Assembly: GCA_963666055.2 (NCBI GenBank)
Contig: CAXWPH010000015.1
Coordinates: 1,536,001-1,600,000 of the forward strand
DNA from: Acidobacteriota bacterium
GTDB taxonomy: Bacteria; Acidobacteriota; UBA890; WLXD01
Length of the DNA: 64,000 nt
Direction of reading: 5' to 3'
The translations under genes and the position numbers were made by a program. Within the stretch, counting starts at the first letter, position 1. Every line of letters begins with the position of its first letter. The notes under the pieces were generated by a model that was not told where the DNA came from, searched no databases, and saw nothing but the letters and a program-made list of their open reading frames with translations. Positions 18,464 to 26,747 of this stretch are shown here, in pieces.

Positions 18464-19954
18464 TCAGCCGAATAGCTGGATACCGAATACGCGGGCCGCG
18501 ATCAAGATTCCGCTGAGTCCGGTGAACACTACCAGCGACGCGCCACTGAACCAGATCGCGAACGGTGACGGGTAGTACTGGGTGGCGTGTTTCGGAATGA
18601 CGGTCAGGCAGTAGTAGATGTTTAGGAAGAAGATCACCGGCGCGACGAAGAAGGCGAGCGCGGAGGCTACCAGCACCAGAAACACCGGACGCGGTAGGCC
18701 AATGACGATCGCTACTGCTGAGACCAACGAGAAGAACATCGTCGCGCGGTAGATGTTGTACTCGGAGGACCACGCCGTGCGGTGCTCCTCGGTGAGGTCG
18801 GCGCCGGCGGTCCCCTGCAGTCGGGCGGTGCTACGGAACATGTTGCGGCAGCAGGCGCCGACGACGCGAGGCCAGCCATCGAAGTAGTTGAAGACGGTCG
18901 AGAAGGTGGCCGCGAAGGCACCGACCAGAAACACGACCATCATCCAGGGGCCGACGCTGTTGGTAAAGATGCCGGCGATCTCGCCCATCACCGCGCGCCC
19001 CTCGACCGGGCTGGGATAGAGCCACACCGCTGCCAACAGCAAGAAGATGCACGCCATTACGAACGACACCACGTGCCCGAGACGAAAGTCCCAGAGGCTG
19101 ATGCGGAACCAGTCTCGACAGTACTCCTGGGCCGCCTCGGGCAGCCGATCGGTGTCCACTGCGAGGTCTTCTTTCCTCGATGAGAACGGATCGAACGCCT
19201 TGGCCAATCCGCGTCGCTCCAACTCGGGCCGGAGCCGGCTCATGCCGGTGCGCTTGGCCTTGCCCCACTCGGAAGCCTGCAGCGAAACGTCCAGTCCGGT
19301 AGGCAGCAGTCCGAGGAACGCGGCAATGAGCAGCCACGACCCCACCGGAGCTTCTACGATCCAGAAATGCTGCAGCGCGACAAGCGGCGCCGGCCTGACG
19401 AAGTACACGGCGATCGTCGTTAGGCACAAGGCGATAGCAGCAGCCTTGGCGGTGTTCTCGACCGCACGATAGCTGCCGGCCAACAGTACGGCTACCGAAA
19501 AAATACCCAACACGACTGCGTATGCTCCAAGCGGTAAGGGCAACCCGAACGACACCGTGAACACCGAGTAGAGCACCGCGGAAGCGGCGATCAGTCGCCC
19601 GGCCTGCCCGATCGCACATTGCACCAACGTGGTCACCAGCACGTACCAGAGCGGCCATTTCTTCCAGGCCGTGCCGTATGCCTCGAGGAGACTTTTGCCG
19701 GTCGCGCTGGTGAAGCGGAAGGCCATCTCGAAGCCGTAGTACTTGAAGATGTAGGCGACTGGGATGCACCACAGCAGGGCATACTGGAAACGACCGCCGG
19801 CGGTGGGCGCGCTGATCAGGTGGCTGGTGCCGATGCCAGTCATCATCAGGATGATGCCGGGCCCGAAGTAGCCCATTAGGCTGCGCAGCGTCAGGCTGGG
19901 GGGGCGGAGCCCCTCGAGGTCGAGGTCCTCGCTCGAACGGCTCATGGTCATCAA
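18464..19954 (-). CDS. Nramp/APC-superfamily membrane transporter
   Basis: FGPGIILMMTGIGTSHL, TGKSLLEAY, about 11 hydrophobic segments. Confidence 0.8.
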   Translation of the reverse strand: MMTMSRSSEDLDLEGLRPPSLTLRSLMGYFGPGIILMMTGIGTSHLISAPTAGGRFQYALLWCIPVAYIFKYYGFEMAFRFTSATGKSLLEAYGTAWKKWPLWYVLVTTLVQCAIGQAGRLIAASAVLYSVFTVSFGLPLPLGAYAVVLGIFSVAVLLAGSYRAVENTAKAAAIALCLTTIAVYFVRPAPLVALQHFWIVEAPVGSWLLIAAFLGLLPTGLDVSLQASEWGKAKRTGMSRLRPELERRGLAKAFDPFSSRKEDLAVDTDRLPEAAQEYCRDWFRISLWDFRLGHVVSFVMACIFLLLAAVWLYPSPVEGRAVMGEIAGIFTNSVGPWMMVVFLVGAFAATFSTVFNYFDGWPRVVGACCRNMFRSTARLQGTAGADLTEEHRTAWSSEYNIYRATMFFSLVSAVAIVIGLPRPVFLVLVASALAFFVAPVIFFLNIYYCLTVIPKHATQYYPSPFAIWFSGASLVVFTGLSGILIAARVFGIQLFG

Positions 19955-20179
19955 ACGTCTCCTTGGCTGGCTTGAACTCGTGCCTGTGGCCGCTCCGATG
20001 CTGAGCTAACGTATCGCCTGATGCAAGGTTGCAAACGCCCGCCGCTTGCAAAACCGGACGCCACGCTAACTATCACCGATTGGCGCATTCCGCGACGAGT
20101 TCTCCTCGAGCCTGCCCACAGCGTTCCTCGCGGCGCCGGGGTCGCGGCGGCGTCGGACGCGCTCGGCCGCCGGTGCGCT

Positions 20180-20413
20180 TCAGTTCCCGCCTGAGGGCAC
20201 GAGGGCTGCGAGGGCGGCCGCGGCATAGGCGCGCCCGATATCGCCGGCGGGCACGACCGCGCGAATCTCGCCGGCGCTCTGCTAGCGCACCGGCCTCGGA
20301 AGCCGCCGCCACCACTCCGGGTTGGAGCAGGGGTACATGGGGCCGCCGATCAGCGGCACCTCGACGCCGGCGTGCCGCGTAAGATCGGTGGCAAGCGGAG
20401 CCAGGGTGCTCAA
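20180..20413 (-). pseudogene. Nitronate monooxygenase-family remnant (frameshift plus large internal deletion)
   Basis: Manual translation: TTG start overlapping the upstream stop gives LTRHAGVEVPLIGGPMYPCSNPE, then a 1-nt shift to VAAASEAGAL, then C-terminal-like SAGEIRAVVPAGDIGRAYAAA...stop. Confidence 0.7.
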
Positions 20414-20895
20414 GTGCTCCTCCGATCCAGCCGCCAGGTCGCGGTTAGCCTAGCGACTTCTTCGCCTGCGCCATCGCGGATCACAGCGGCCGGATGATAG
20501 TCCATCGCCCCGGCGACGTCCGGGGGGTTACAGCTACACTCCGCGCTGAGCGTTCCTCGTGCTTTCTTGACGTATTCGATCTGCAGCGCCACGGCAATGC
20601 CGCGGATTTCCGGGGCCAGGCCGGTCAGCATGGCCAGCCCACTGCACAGCTCCCCGAGGTTGGCCAACGCCACAGCATGCACTGAATCGAGGTGATTGCG
20701 AACGCGTCGACGGTCGCGCAGGGTCACGCGAGAGTATCCGGGCCGCAAATCGACGATCTGTGCGCCGATGCTGCCCGTGTAGGGCGCCATCCGTCCGACC
20801 AGCCAGGAGAACATCCGCTTGCCGCCTGGTAGCCGGCTCAGGCGGGCCCAGTTGGCCATCAATGAGGTTCCCGGAGAGGGGCGAGAGCGTCTCAT
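20410..20895 (-). CDS. Hotdog-fold thioesterase (DUF4442/PaaI-like)
   Basis: [34 protein letters not shown]; AGGAGG before ATG 20895. Confidence 0.85.
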   Translation of the reverse strand: MRRSRPSPGTSLMANWARLSRLPGGKRMFSWLVGRMAPYTGSIGAQIVDLRPGYSRVTLRDRRRVRNHLDSVHAVALANLGELCSGLAMLTGLAPEIRGIAVALQIEYVKKARGTLSAECSCNPPDVAGAMDYHPAAVIRDGAGEEVARLTATWRLDRRST

Positions 20896-20969
20896 CGGCT
20901 GCCTCCTGACTCGATCCCGAGGCAACTGATCGCGCCGCCCAAGGCAGCGCCGCAACGGGTCACGGGTCG

Positions 20970-21743
20970 CTAGCTCAGATCCGCGATGACAGGGGCGTGA
21001 TCAGAAGCAATGAGCCCTTCCTTCTTCTTGCGATAGTCGCGATCGATCCAAACGTCTTCAATGCGTTCGCATAGCGTCGGCGTGCCGAGCAGAAAATCGA
21101 TGCGGAGTCCCATGCCTCGGTGAAACGCCCCGCCCCGATAATCCCACCAGGAGAACTTCTGCTCATCTGGGTACCGTAGGCGGAAGAGATCTTCTAAGCC
21201 GCCGTCGAGCAGACGCTTGAAGGCGCGACGTTCCTCGTCGGTATGAAAGATGGCGCCACGCATGGCGCTCTCGTTCCAGCTGTCGATTCCCTCAGGGCAG
21301 ATGTTGAAGTCGCCGCAGAGAACGGCCTGTTTGCCCTCGGAGCTCGACGTAGCCATGTGATCGATCAACGCGTCGAACCAGGCGAGCTTGGTCGGGAAGT
21401 CCTCGTGATCGACGGTCTTGCCGTTGGGCACGTAGATGGTGGTGAAGTCCAGGTCGCCGATCCGCGCGGTCAGCAGTCGCGCCCCGCGCTCCTGCTGACC
21501 TGGCAGACCGACCTGCAGAACCTCGGCTGGCACGCGGCTCAAGATCGCCACGCCGTTCCACGCCTTCTGGCCGTGGGCGACAGCCTGATAGCCCTCCGCC
21601 TGAAACGCCAGATGCGGGAACTTGTCGTCGGCGGTCTTGAGCTCTTGCAAGCCCACTACGTCGGGCTGGCGGGCGCGCAGCCAGTGCAGGACGAAATCGA
21701 TTCGGGCGCTCAGACCGTTGATGTTCCAGGTTGCAATGCGCAT
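20970..21743 (-). CDS. xth: Exodeoxyribonuclease III
   Basis: [40 protein letters not shown]. Confidence 0.95.
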   Translation of the reverse strand: MRIATWNINGLSARIDFVLHWLRARQPDVVGLQELKTADDKFPHLAFQAEGYQAVAHGQKAWNGVAILSRVPAEVLQVGLPGQQERGARLLTARIGDLDFTTIYVPNGKTVDHEDFPTKLAWFDALIDHMATSSSEGKQAVLCGDFNICPEGIDSWNESAMRGAIFHTDEERRAFKRLLDGGLEDLFRLRYPDEQKFSWWDYRGGAFHRGMGLRIDFLLGTPTLCERIEDVWIDRDYRKKKEGLIASDHAPVIADLS

Positions 21744-21977
21744 CAGGCAATCAAGGTTGGTGGACTAGGCCGGGGACAAAGCACGTTAACCGGCCGGCAA
21801 TCGACTCGCCAGCCGGATTTTCCATTCGCCGGACTGGCCAGCGAGGGGCGCAGGAGCGTATGCTCCATTCAGCATCCGCATTAGGGGCGAAAGCGTTTGA
21901 TCTTCGGCGCCTGCGGCGCACCGTCGGATTGACCGGAGATCTGGTTCGGGAGGCGCGAACCGGAGGCGCATAGCGTC

Positions 21978-23267
21978 GTGTTTCGCGCACTGTTCAACTT
22001 CGTCAAGTCCCCCGTTCAGACCTATCCCGCTCTCGCCGCCGCCATCGGGTGCCTGGTCTCGGGCTACAGCACCTTCAATGGCATCTCCGAGATCTTCCCC
22101 GACTTCCGCTACTCGATGCTCGCGGCGCTCGGCTTGGCGGCCATTATCCAGCTCGGCATGCTGACCTCGGCGCTCCGAATACGCGAGCGTTCCCGCTATC
22201 AGCCGATGCTCGTGGCCGTCATCGTCTTCACCGTGGTGATGTCCAGCCTCACCTCGTATGTCTTCTACTACCGTGGCTTCTCAGAGGAGACCATCGCGAA
22301 GGAGCGTCGCCTCGAACGCTACGAGTCGCTGCGCTCGTATCTCGTCGACGCGCGCCTGCAGACCTCCGGCACGCTGGGCACGCTACGGGAGGCCTCCGCC
22401 GAGTTGCGTCGTCGCATCGAGATCGAGGCGGCAAGCGGCGGCGGCCTGCGCAATATCTCCAGCCCCTACCTGCAACAGCTCATCGCCGAGTCCGACTTGC
22501 TTGTCGACCTGCGGCAGGTTCAGAGTGGCACCGGCGAGCGCTATCGATTTTTGACCAGTGTGCTGCCACGCATCGAGCAGATGGAGATAGAGGTCGGCGC
22601 ATCGCTACAAGGCCTCGACGTGGAGATTGCCGCGCTCACCGAAGGCAACGAGATCGACCATGAGGCGCTGAGGGCCTCTTACTCGCGAGCCTCGGCGGTG
22701 ATTCCCGCAGACCGCATCCGCGAGGTGCGAGGCGAGTTCACCGTACGTTCGGTGGACCCGGCGATTCTCGACACCCGCCCGCTCGAGCAAGAGGAGTACT
22801 GGCAACGGGCGATGGCCGACATGGTCGCCGGCAGCCCAGCCGCAGTCGTGTTTGCCTTCATCGCCCTGTTCATCGACACCATGATCGTCTTCTTCGCGTT
22901 CATTGCAGGCGAGTCGCAAGCGCGGCCGGCGATGCCACATGTGCCGCTGGCCCACTGGATGAGGATGGCCTACGAGCAGCGCGTCGAGGAGGGCGTACGT
23001 CGCTGGCTGGGGGCGCTCGATGGTGTGCGAGTCCAGCGTGGCAGCGCCTACTTGCATCGCTTGGACGCGCGCCGTCTCGACGATGCCCGCGACGGCCAGT
23101 GTGCGCGCTTCCTGCGCCAGGACGGCTATCTACGCCAGGTGATGCTGGAAGACGGCCAGACCCACTGGTGTCTTACCGATGCTGCCTACGCCGCGTTGGT
23201 CGACCTGACGATGCGAGCGGCAACCGAGATGCTGCCGGTCGCAGAGCCCGAGGTGGCAACGTTATAG
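21978..23267 (+). CDS. Hypothetical membrane protein (3 TM - coiled region - 1 TM - soluble tail), DUF4407-like
   Basis: Hydrophobic N-terminal helices, EIEAASGGG...SGTGERY motif, late TM FAFIALFIDTMIVFFAF. Confidence 0.7.
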   Translation: MFRALFNFVKSPVQTYPALAAAIGCLVSGYSTFNGISEIFPDFRYSMLAALGLAAIIQLGMLTSALRIRERSRYQPMLVAVIVFTVVMSSLTSYVFYYRGFSEETIAKERRLERYESLRSYLVDARLQTSGTLGTLREASAELRRRIEIEAASGGGLRNISSPYLQQLIAESDLLVDLRQVQSGTGERYRFLTSVLPRIEQMEIEVGASLQGLDVEIAALTEGNEIDHEALRASYSRASAVIPADRIREVRGEFTVRSVDPAILDTRPLEQEEYWQRAMADMVAGSPAAVVFAFIALFIDTMIVFFAFIAGESQARPAMPHVPLAHWMRMAYEQRVEEGVRRWLGALDGVRVQRGSAYLHRLDARRLDDARDGQCARFLRQDGYLRQVMLEDGQTHWCLTDAAYAALVDLTMRAATEMLPVAEPEVATL

Positions 23268-23279
23268 CGACGAATGACA

Positions 23280-23322
23280 GAAGCGGCCACCCCCTGGAAT
23301 GACCTGGGTGGTGGCCGCCTTC
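23280..23322. terminator. GC-rich hairpin between convergent genes
   Basis: GAAGCGGCCACC ... GGTGGCCGCCTTC; no strong U-tract. Confidence 0.45.
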
Positions 23323-23348
23323 TCGAACCTGTCGCTGCTGGCGTGAGC

Positions 23349-25289
23349 TCAGCAGGAGATGCAGTTGTGCCTATTCTCCGAGCCGAGCGCCTCGGTCAAG
23401 GCTATGGTCGCCGGATAGGGACGCACGCGTTGCATCGGCCCGTTCGCCATGTCCGCGATGGTTTCCCCCCGGCGGCTCAGCAGCAGCGGATCCGCACCCT
23501 TCATGTAGAGGTAGACGACCATCTCGTTATCACCCCGCCCGGACGCGTGATGCAGGGGTGAGTAGCCCTTGTCGTCCCTGGCGTTGATGTCGGCGCCGAG
23601 CTCTTCCACCAGGTACCGTACCGCCGGCATCCATCCGTCCGGCACGTGGCGGTGGTGGTTTGCGGCAAACCCGGTGCCTTCGGCGTAACCGGCGCCGGAA
23701 GCGATGTGGATCGGGTAGATAGCGGGCCCGCCGATCTCCGCCGGCGGCAAGGCGGAGTGATCAATCTGGAATTTCTTCCCGCGACGGTAGCGACGGCGCG
23801 GGATCTTGCGCGTCGGCACGTTGGGATCGGCCCCGCGCGCGACCAGCACTTTCATGGTCGCGACATCGAGGGCCTGAGCGGCGCGCCAGAACGCTGTCGC
23901 TCCCGTTGTGTCGGACTGCTGATCAAAGTTGTAGGCCTGGTACCAGAGCTTTTTCTTCAGTCGTACGTTCGGATCCGCTCCGGCCTCGAGCAGCGCCGCA
24001 ACCAGCTCCACGTGGGTCGTTTTCTGGTTCTTGTGCGCCGTCTGTTGGGGGTAGCTGGTCTTGGCAGCAAATTGTGCGTTGATGGCGCCGTAGACCGGAG
24101 TGCCGCCGGCCTCGCTCGCCAGATTGGGATCGGCGCCGTGCTCCAGCAGCGTCATCGCCAGGTCGAAGTGGCCGTTGATCGTGGCGATCAACAGCGGGCT
24201 GGTTTGGTCGCCCGCGCTGACTTGATTGACGTTGACGTCGTGGTCGAGCAGCGCCAGCACAGCGTCGGCGTGTCCCTCTCGGGCCGCGAAGTGCAGCGCC
24301 GTGATACCCCCTTGCGCGAAGACGAGATCCGGAAATCCCCTCGCTTGCTCCATGAAGGCGAGCTCTTCTTCGGTCTTGTCGGAGTCTTCGTCGGCCTCAG
24401 CTTCATCTTCGTCGGCCGTTTCCTCTTTGTCCACGTCCGGCTCGGCTTCCTTCTCGGGCTCGTCGACCGGCGCCTCCTCCTCCGCGGTTGGCTCCTCGCC
24501 GGGTTCGTCGCCCTCCTTGCCCTCGGTAGCTTCTCCGCTCTCCTCGGCTTCCGCTGGCTCCTCGTCGCCTTCAGCCTCCGCGGCGCGCGCCGCGGCGTCT
24601 GCCTCAATCTTCCGCACGGCCACTATGCGCTCGCGGCGCACCTTCTCCGCTTCCTGCAGCTCCTTTCCAGCAGCCACGATGTCGACAACCTTGGTTGCCA
24701 GGGAGGCGTCCGCGCCACGCTGCAGCAGCGCGGTAACCACGGCGAGTCGGTTGTTGGCGACGGCGAACATGAGCGCCGTCTGGCCCCACGCCGTCTCGAG
24801 GGCGTTGACGTCGGCACCGTGGTCGAGGAGAACCGAAACGACCTCGACATCGCCGGTCGCCGCGGCAAAGTGCAACGGGCTCGCGCCGCCGGCCGTCGTG
24901 GGTGCGCCAACGTTGCTACCCGCTTCCAGCAACACGCGGACTACGTCCACGTTGCCGGCCTTGCTGGCGATGTGCAGAGGCCGATATGCGCCGATCCGCG
25001 TGCCGGCCTCGAGGTTGGCACCTGCGTAGATGAGCATCTTCGCAAGCTCGGCGGCGTCGTTTTCCGCGGCCCAATGAAGCGCCGTCATGCCGTCGGCCTG
25101 CGCGGCGTTCACATCGGTGGCCTGTCGGAGCAGCGAGCGCACCAACTCCGAGTCGCCCGCCATCGCGGCGTCGGCGACGAGTGACTCAGCGGGTGCCGCA
25201 ACCACCAGGGCCGGCAGGCAGGTCGCGACTATCAGCATCAGCCACAGGTGCCTGCTTACGCTGGGGCGAAGTGGATACGTTGCCGACAT
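23349..25289 (-). CDS. Secreted ankyrin-repeat protein with acidic insert and C-terminal CxxC
   Basis: Multiple GxTALHxAA repeats, signal peptide, ends HNCISC. Confidence 0.92.
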   Translation of the reverse strand: MSATYPLRPSVSRHLWLMLIVATCLPALVVAAPAESLVADAAMAGDSELVRSLLRQATDVNAAQADGMTALHWAAENDAAELAKMLIYAGANLEAGTRIGAYRPLHIASKAGNVDVVRVLLEAGSNVGAPTTAGGASPLHFAAATGDVEVVSVLLDHGADVNALETAWGQTALMFAVANNRLAVVTALLQRGADASLATKVVDIVAAGKELQEAEKVRRERIVAVRKIEADAAARAAEAEGDEEPAEAEESGEATEGKEGDEPGEEPTAEEEAPVDEPEKEAEPDVDKEETADEDEAEADEDSDKTEEELAFMEQARGFPDLVFAQGGITALHFAAREGHADAVLALLDHDVNVNQVSAGDQTSPLLIATINGHFDLAMTLLEHGADPNLASEAGGTPVYGAINAQFAAKTSYPQQTAHKNQKTTHVELVAALLEAGADPNVRLKKKLWYQAYNFDQQSDTTGATAFWRAAQALDVATMKVLVARGADPNVPTRKIPRRRYRRGKKFQIDHSALPPAEIGGPAIYPIHIASGAGYAEGTGFAANHHRHVPDGWMPAVRYLVEELGADINARDDKGYSPLHHASGRGDNEMVVYLYMKGADPLLLSRRGETIADMANGPMQRVRPYPATIALTEALGSENRHNCISC

Positions 25290-25319
25290 GATTTCAGTCC
25301 TCCGCTCCTCGCCCCGTCG

Positions 25320-26702
25320 TCAGACCGAGTAAGAAAACTCCCCGGTGCTGTCGCCGAAGCTCTGCATGTCGTCGTGACCCAGCCGGTGCAGCAGGTTCAA
25401 CATCACGTTCGCCATCGGAGTACCGGGCTCGGCTTGAACGTGGAGGTTGCCGTGTGGCTGGGTGTTGGCGCCGCCGAGCACGATCAAGGGGCAACGCCTG
25501 TGGTTGTGCAAGTTGGGGTCACCCATGGGCGATCCGTAGATGACCATGGTGTTGTCGAGCAGCGGGCTCTCGCCATCCATGGTGTTGTTCAGCTTGTCGA
25601 GCAGGTAAGGGAGCATGCCGACATGGTAGCGGTTGATCTCCGCGAACTTCTCGATTCTTTCGTCGACGTCGCCGTGGTGCGACGTTCTGTGGAACGGCTC
25701 GGGTACGCCGCTTTCTGGGAACACCCGAGCTGAAGCATCGCGTCCCAACTTGAGCGAAAAGACGCGCGTCAGGTCGGCGGCGAACGCCATCGTCTGCAGA
25801 TCGAACATGAGCTCGACGTGCTCGCTGAAGGAATCGGGCACGCCGGCGGGGGCGGCCGGTAACTCGCGCAGCTCGCCGCTGCTATTGCGCTCCTCGGTCA
25901 TCTGGATTCGTCGCTCGATCTCGCGGATGTTGGTCAGGTAGCGATCCAGCCGGCGGCGATCGCCGGCGCCGAATTCCTGCTGGATGTGCGATATTTCCTC
26001 GGCGATCCAGTCGAGGATGCTGCGCTTGCTGGCGCGGCGTGCGGCACGCTGCTCGGGTGTGCCGCCGGCTCCGAAGAGCCGGTCGAAGACGGCGCGCGGA
26101 TCCCGAATCATTGGCAGCGGCTCCGTCGGCGATGCCCAGCTGATCGTGTCCGAGTAGATGCACGCATAGCCGTAGTCGCAACCGCCGGCCTGATCGACGT
26201 TCTCGATGCAAAGCTGCAGCGACGGAATCGGGTTGTCCTGCCCGAAGCGCCGGGCGTAGACCTGATCCATCGAGATGCCCGCTATGACGTCGGAGCCCTC
26301 GGTCTGCTTCGGGTGCGCCTGGGTCAGGAAGACCGCGCTCGAGCGGTAGTGGTCGCCGCCGATCTCCTTGGTCTCGTAGGCCTCGGCCTGCTGGCAGTCG
26401 GTGTTGCTGACGATCGTCAGATACCGCCGCCATGGCTCCAGCGAGCTCAGCGAGGTGGGGGTGAGGTCGAAGTCATGCCCGGTGGCCGCCGGGGCCCACA
26501 GATTCTTGGTTGCACCGAGCGCGTTGCTGCCGGCGGCGCCGTGAACGATCTCGATGCAAACCAATCGCTTCGGCGAGCTCGCCGCGGTCTTCGCGAGCGC
26601 CGTCCTAGCCGGCACCATCGCATCTACGAACGGCAGCGCTACCGTTGCTCCCAGGCCGCGGAGAACGGTACGACGAGGCATCGCTTTCTTGGTTATGAAC
26701 AT
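25320..26702 (-). CDS. DUF1552-family protein, twin-arginine-like leader
   Basis: PRRTVLRGLGATVALP, CDYGYACIYSDTISW, D-P-NLHNH region; adjacent to DUF1592 protein. Confidence 0.85.
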   Translation of the reverse strand: MFITKKAMPRRTVLRGLGATVALPFVDAMVPARTALAKTAASSPKRLVCIEIVHGAAGSNALGATKNLWAPAATGHDFDLTPTSLSSLEPWRRYLTIVSNTDCQQAEAYETKEIGGDHYRSSAVFLTQAHPKQTEGSDVIAGISMDQVYARRFGQDNPIPSLQLCIENVDQAGGCDYGYACIYSDTISWASPTEPLPMIRDPRAVFDRLFGAGGTPEQRAARRASKRSILDWIAEEISHIQQEFGAGDRRRLDRYLTNIREIERRIQMTEERNSSGELRELPAAPAGVPDSFSEHVELMFDLQTMAFAADLTRVFSLKLGRDASARVFPESGVPEPFHRTSHHGDVDERIEKFAEINRYHVGMLPYLLDKLNNTMDGESPLLDNTMVIYGSPMGDPNLHNHRRCPLIVLGGANTQPHGNLHVQAEPGTPMANVMLNLLHRLGHDDMQSFGDSTGEFSYSV

Positions 26703-26747
26703 CGGTTGTATTCCTCGCCCGGTCGGCGGCTCCCGGAGCTCGGAGGC

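Noticed and set aside
19955-20410. Possible large ncRNA in an apparent intergenic gap
   Set aside because: No RNase P, tmRNA or SRP signature; much of it is explained as an NMO pseudogene.
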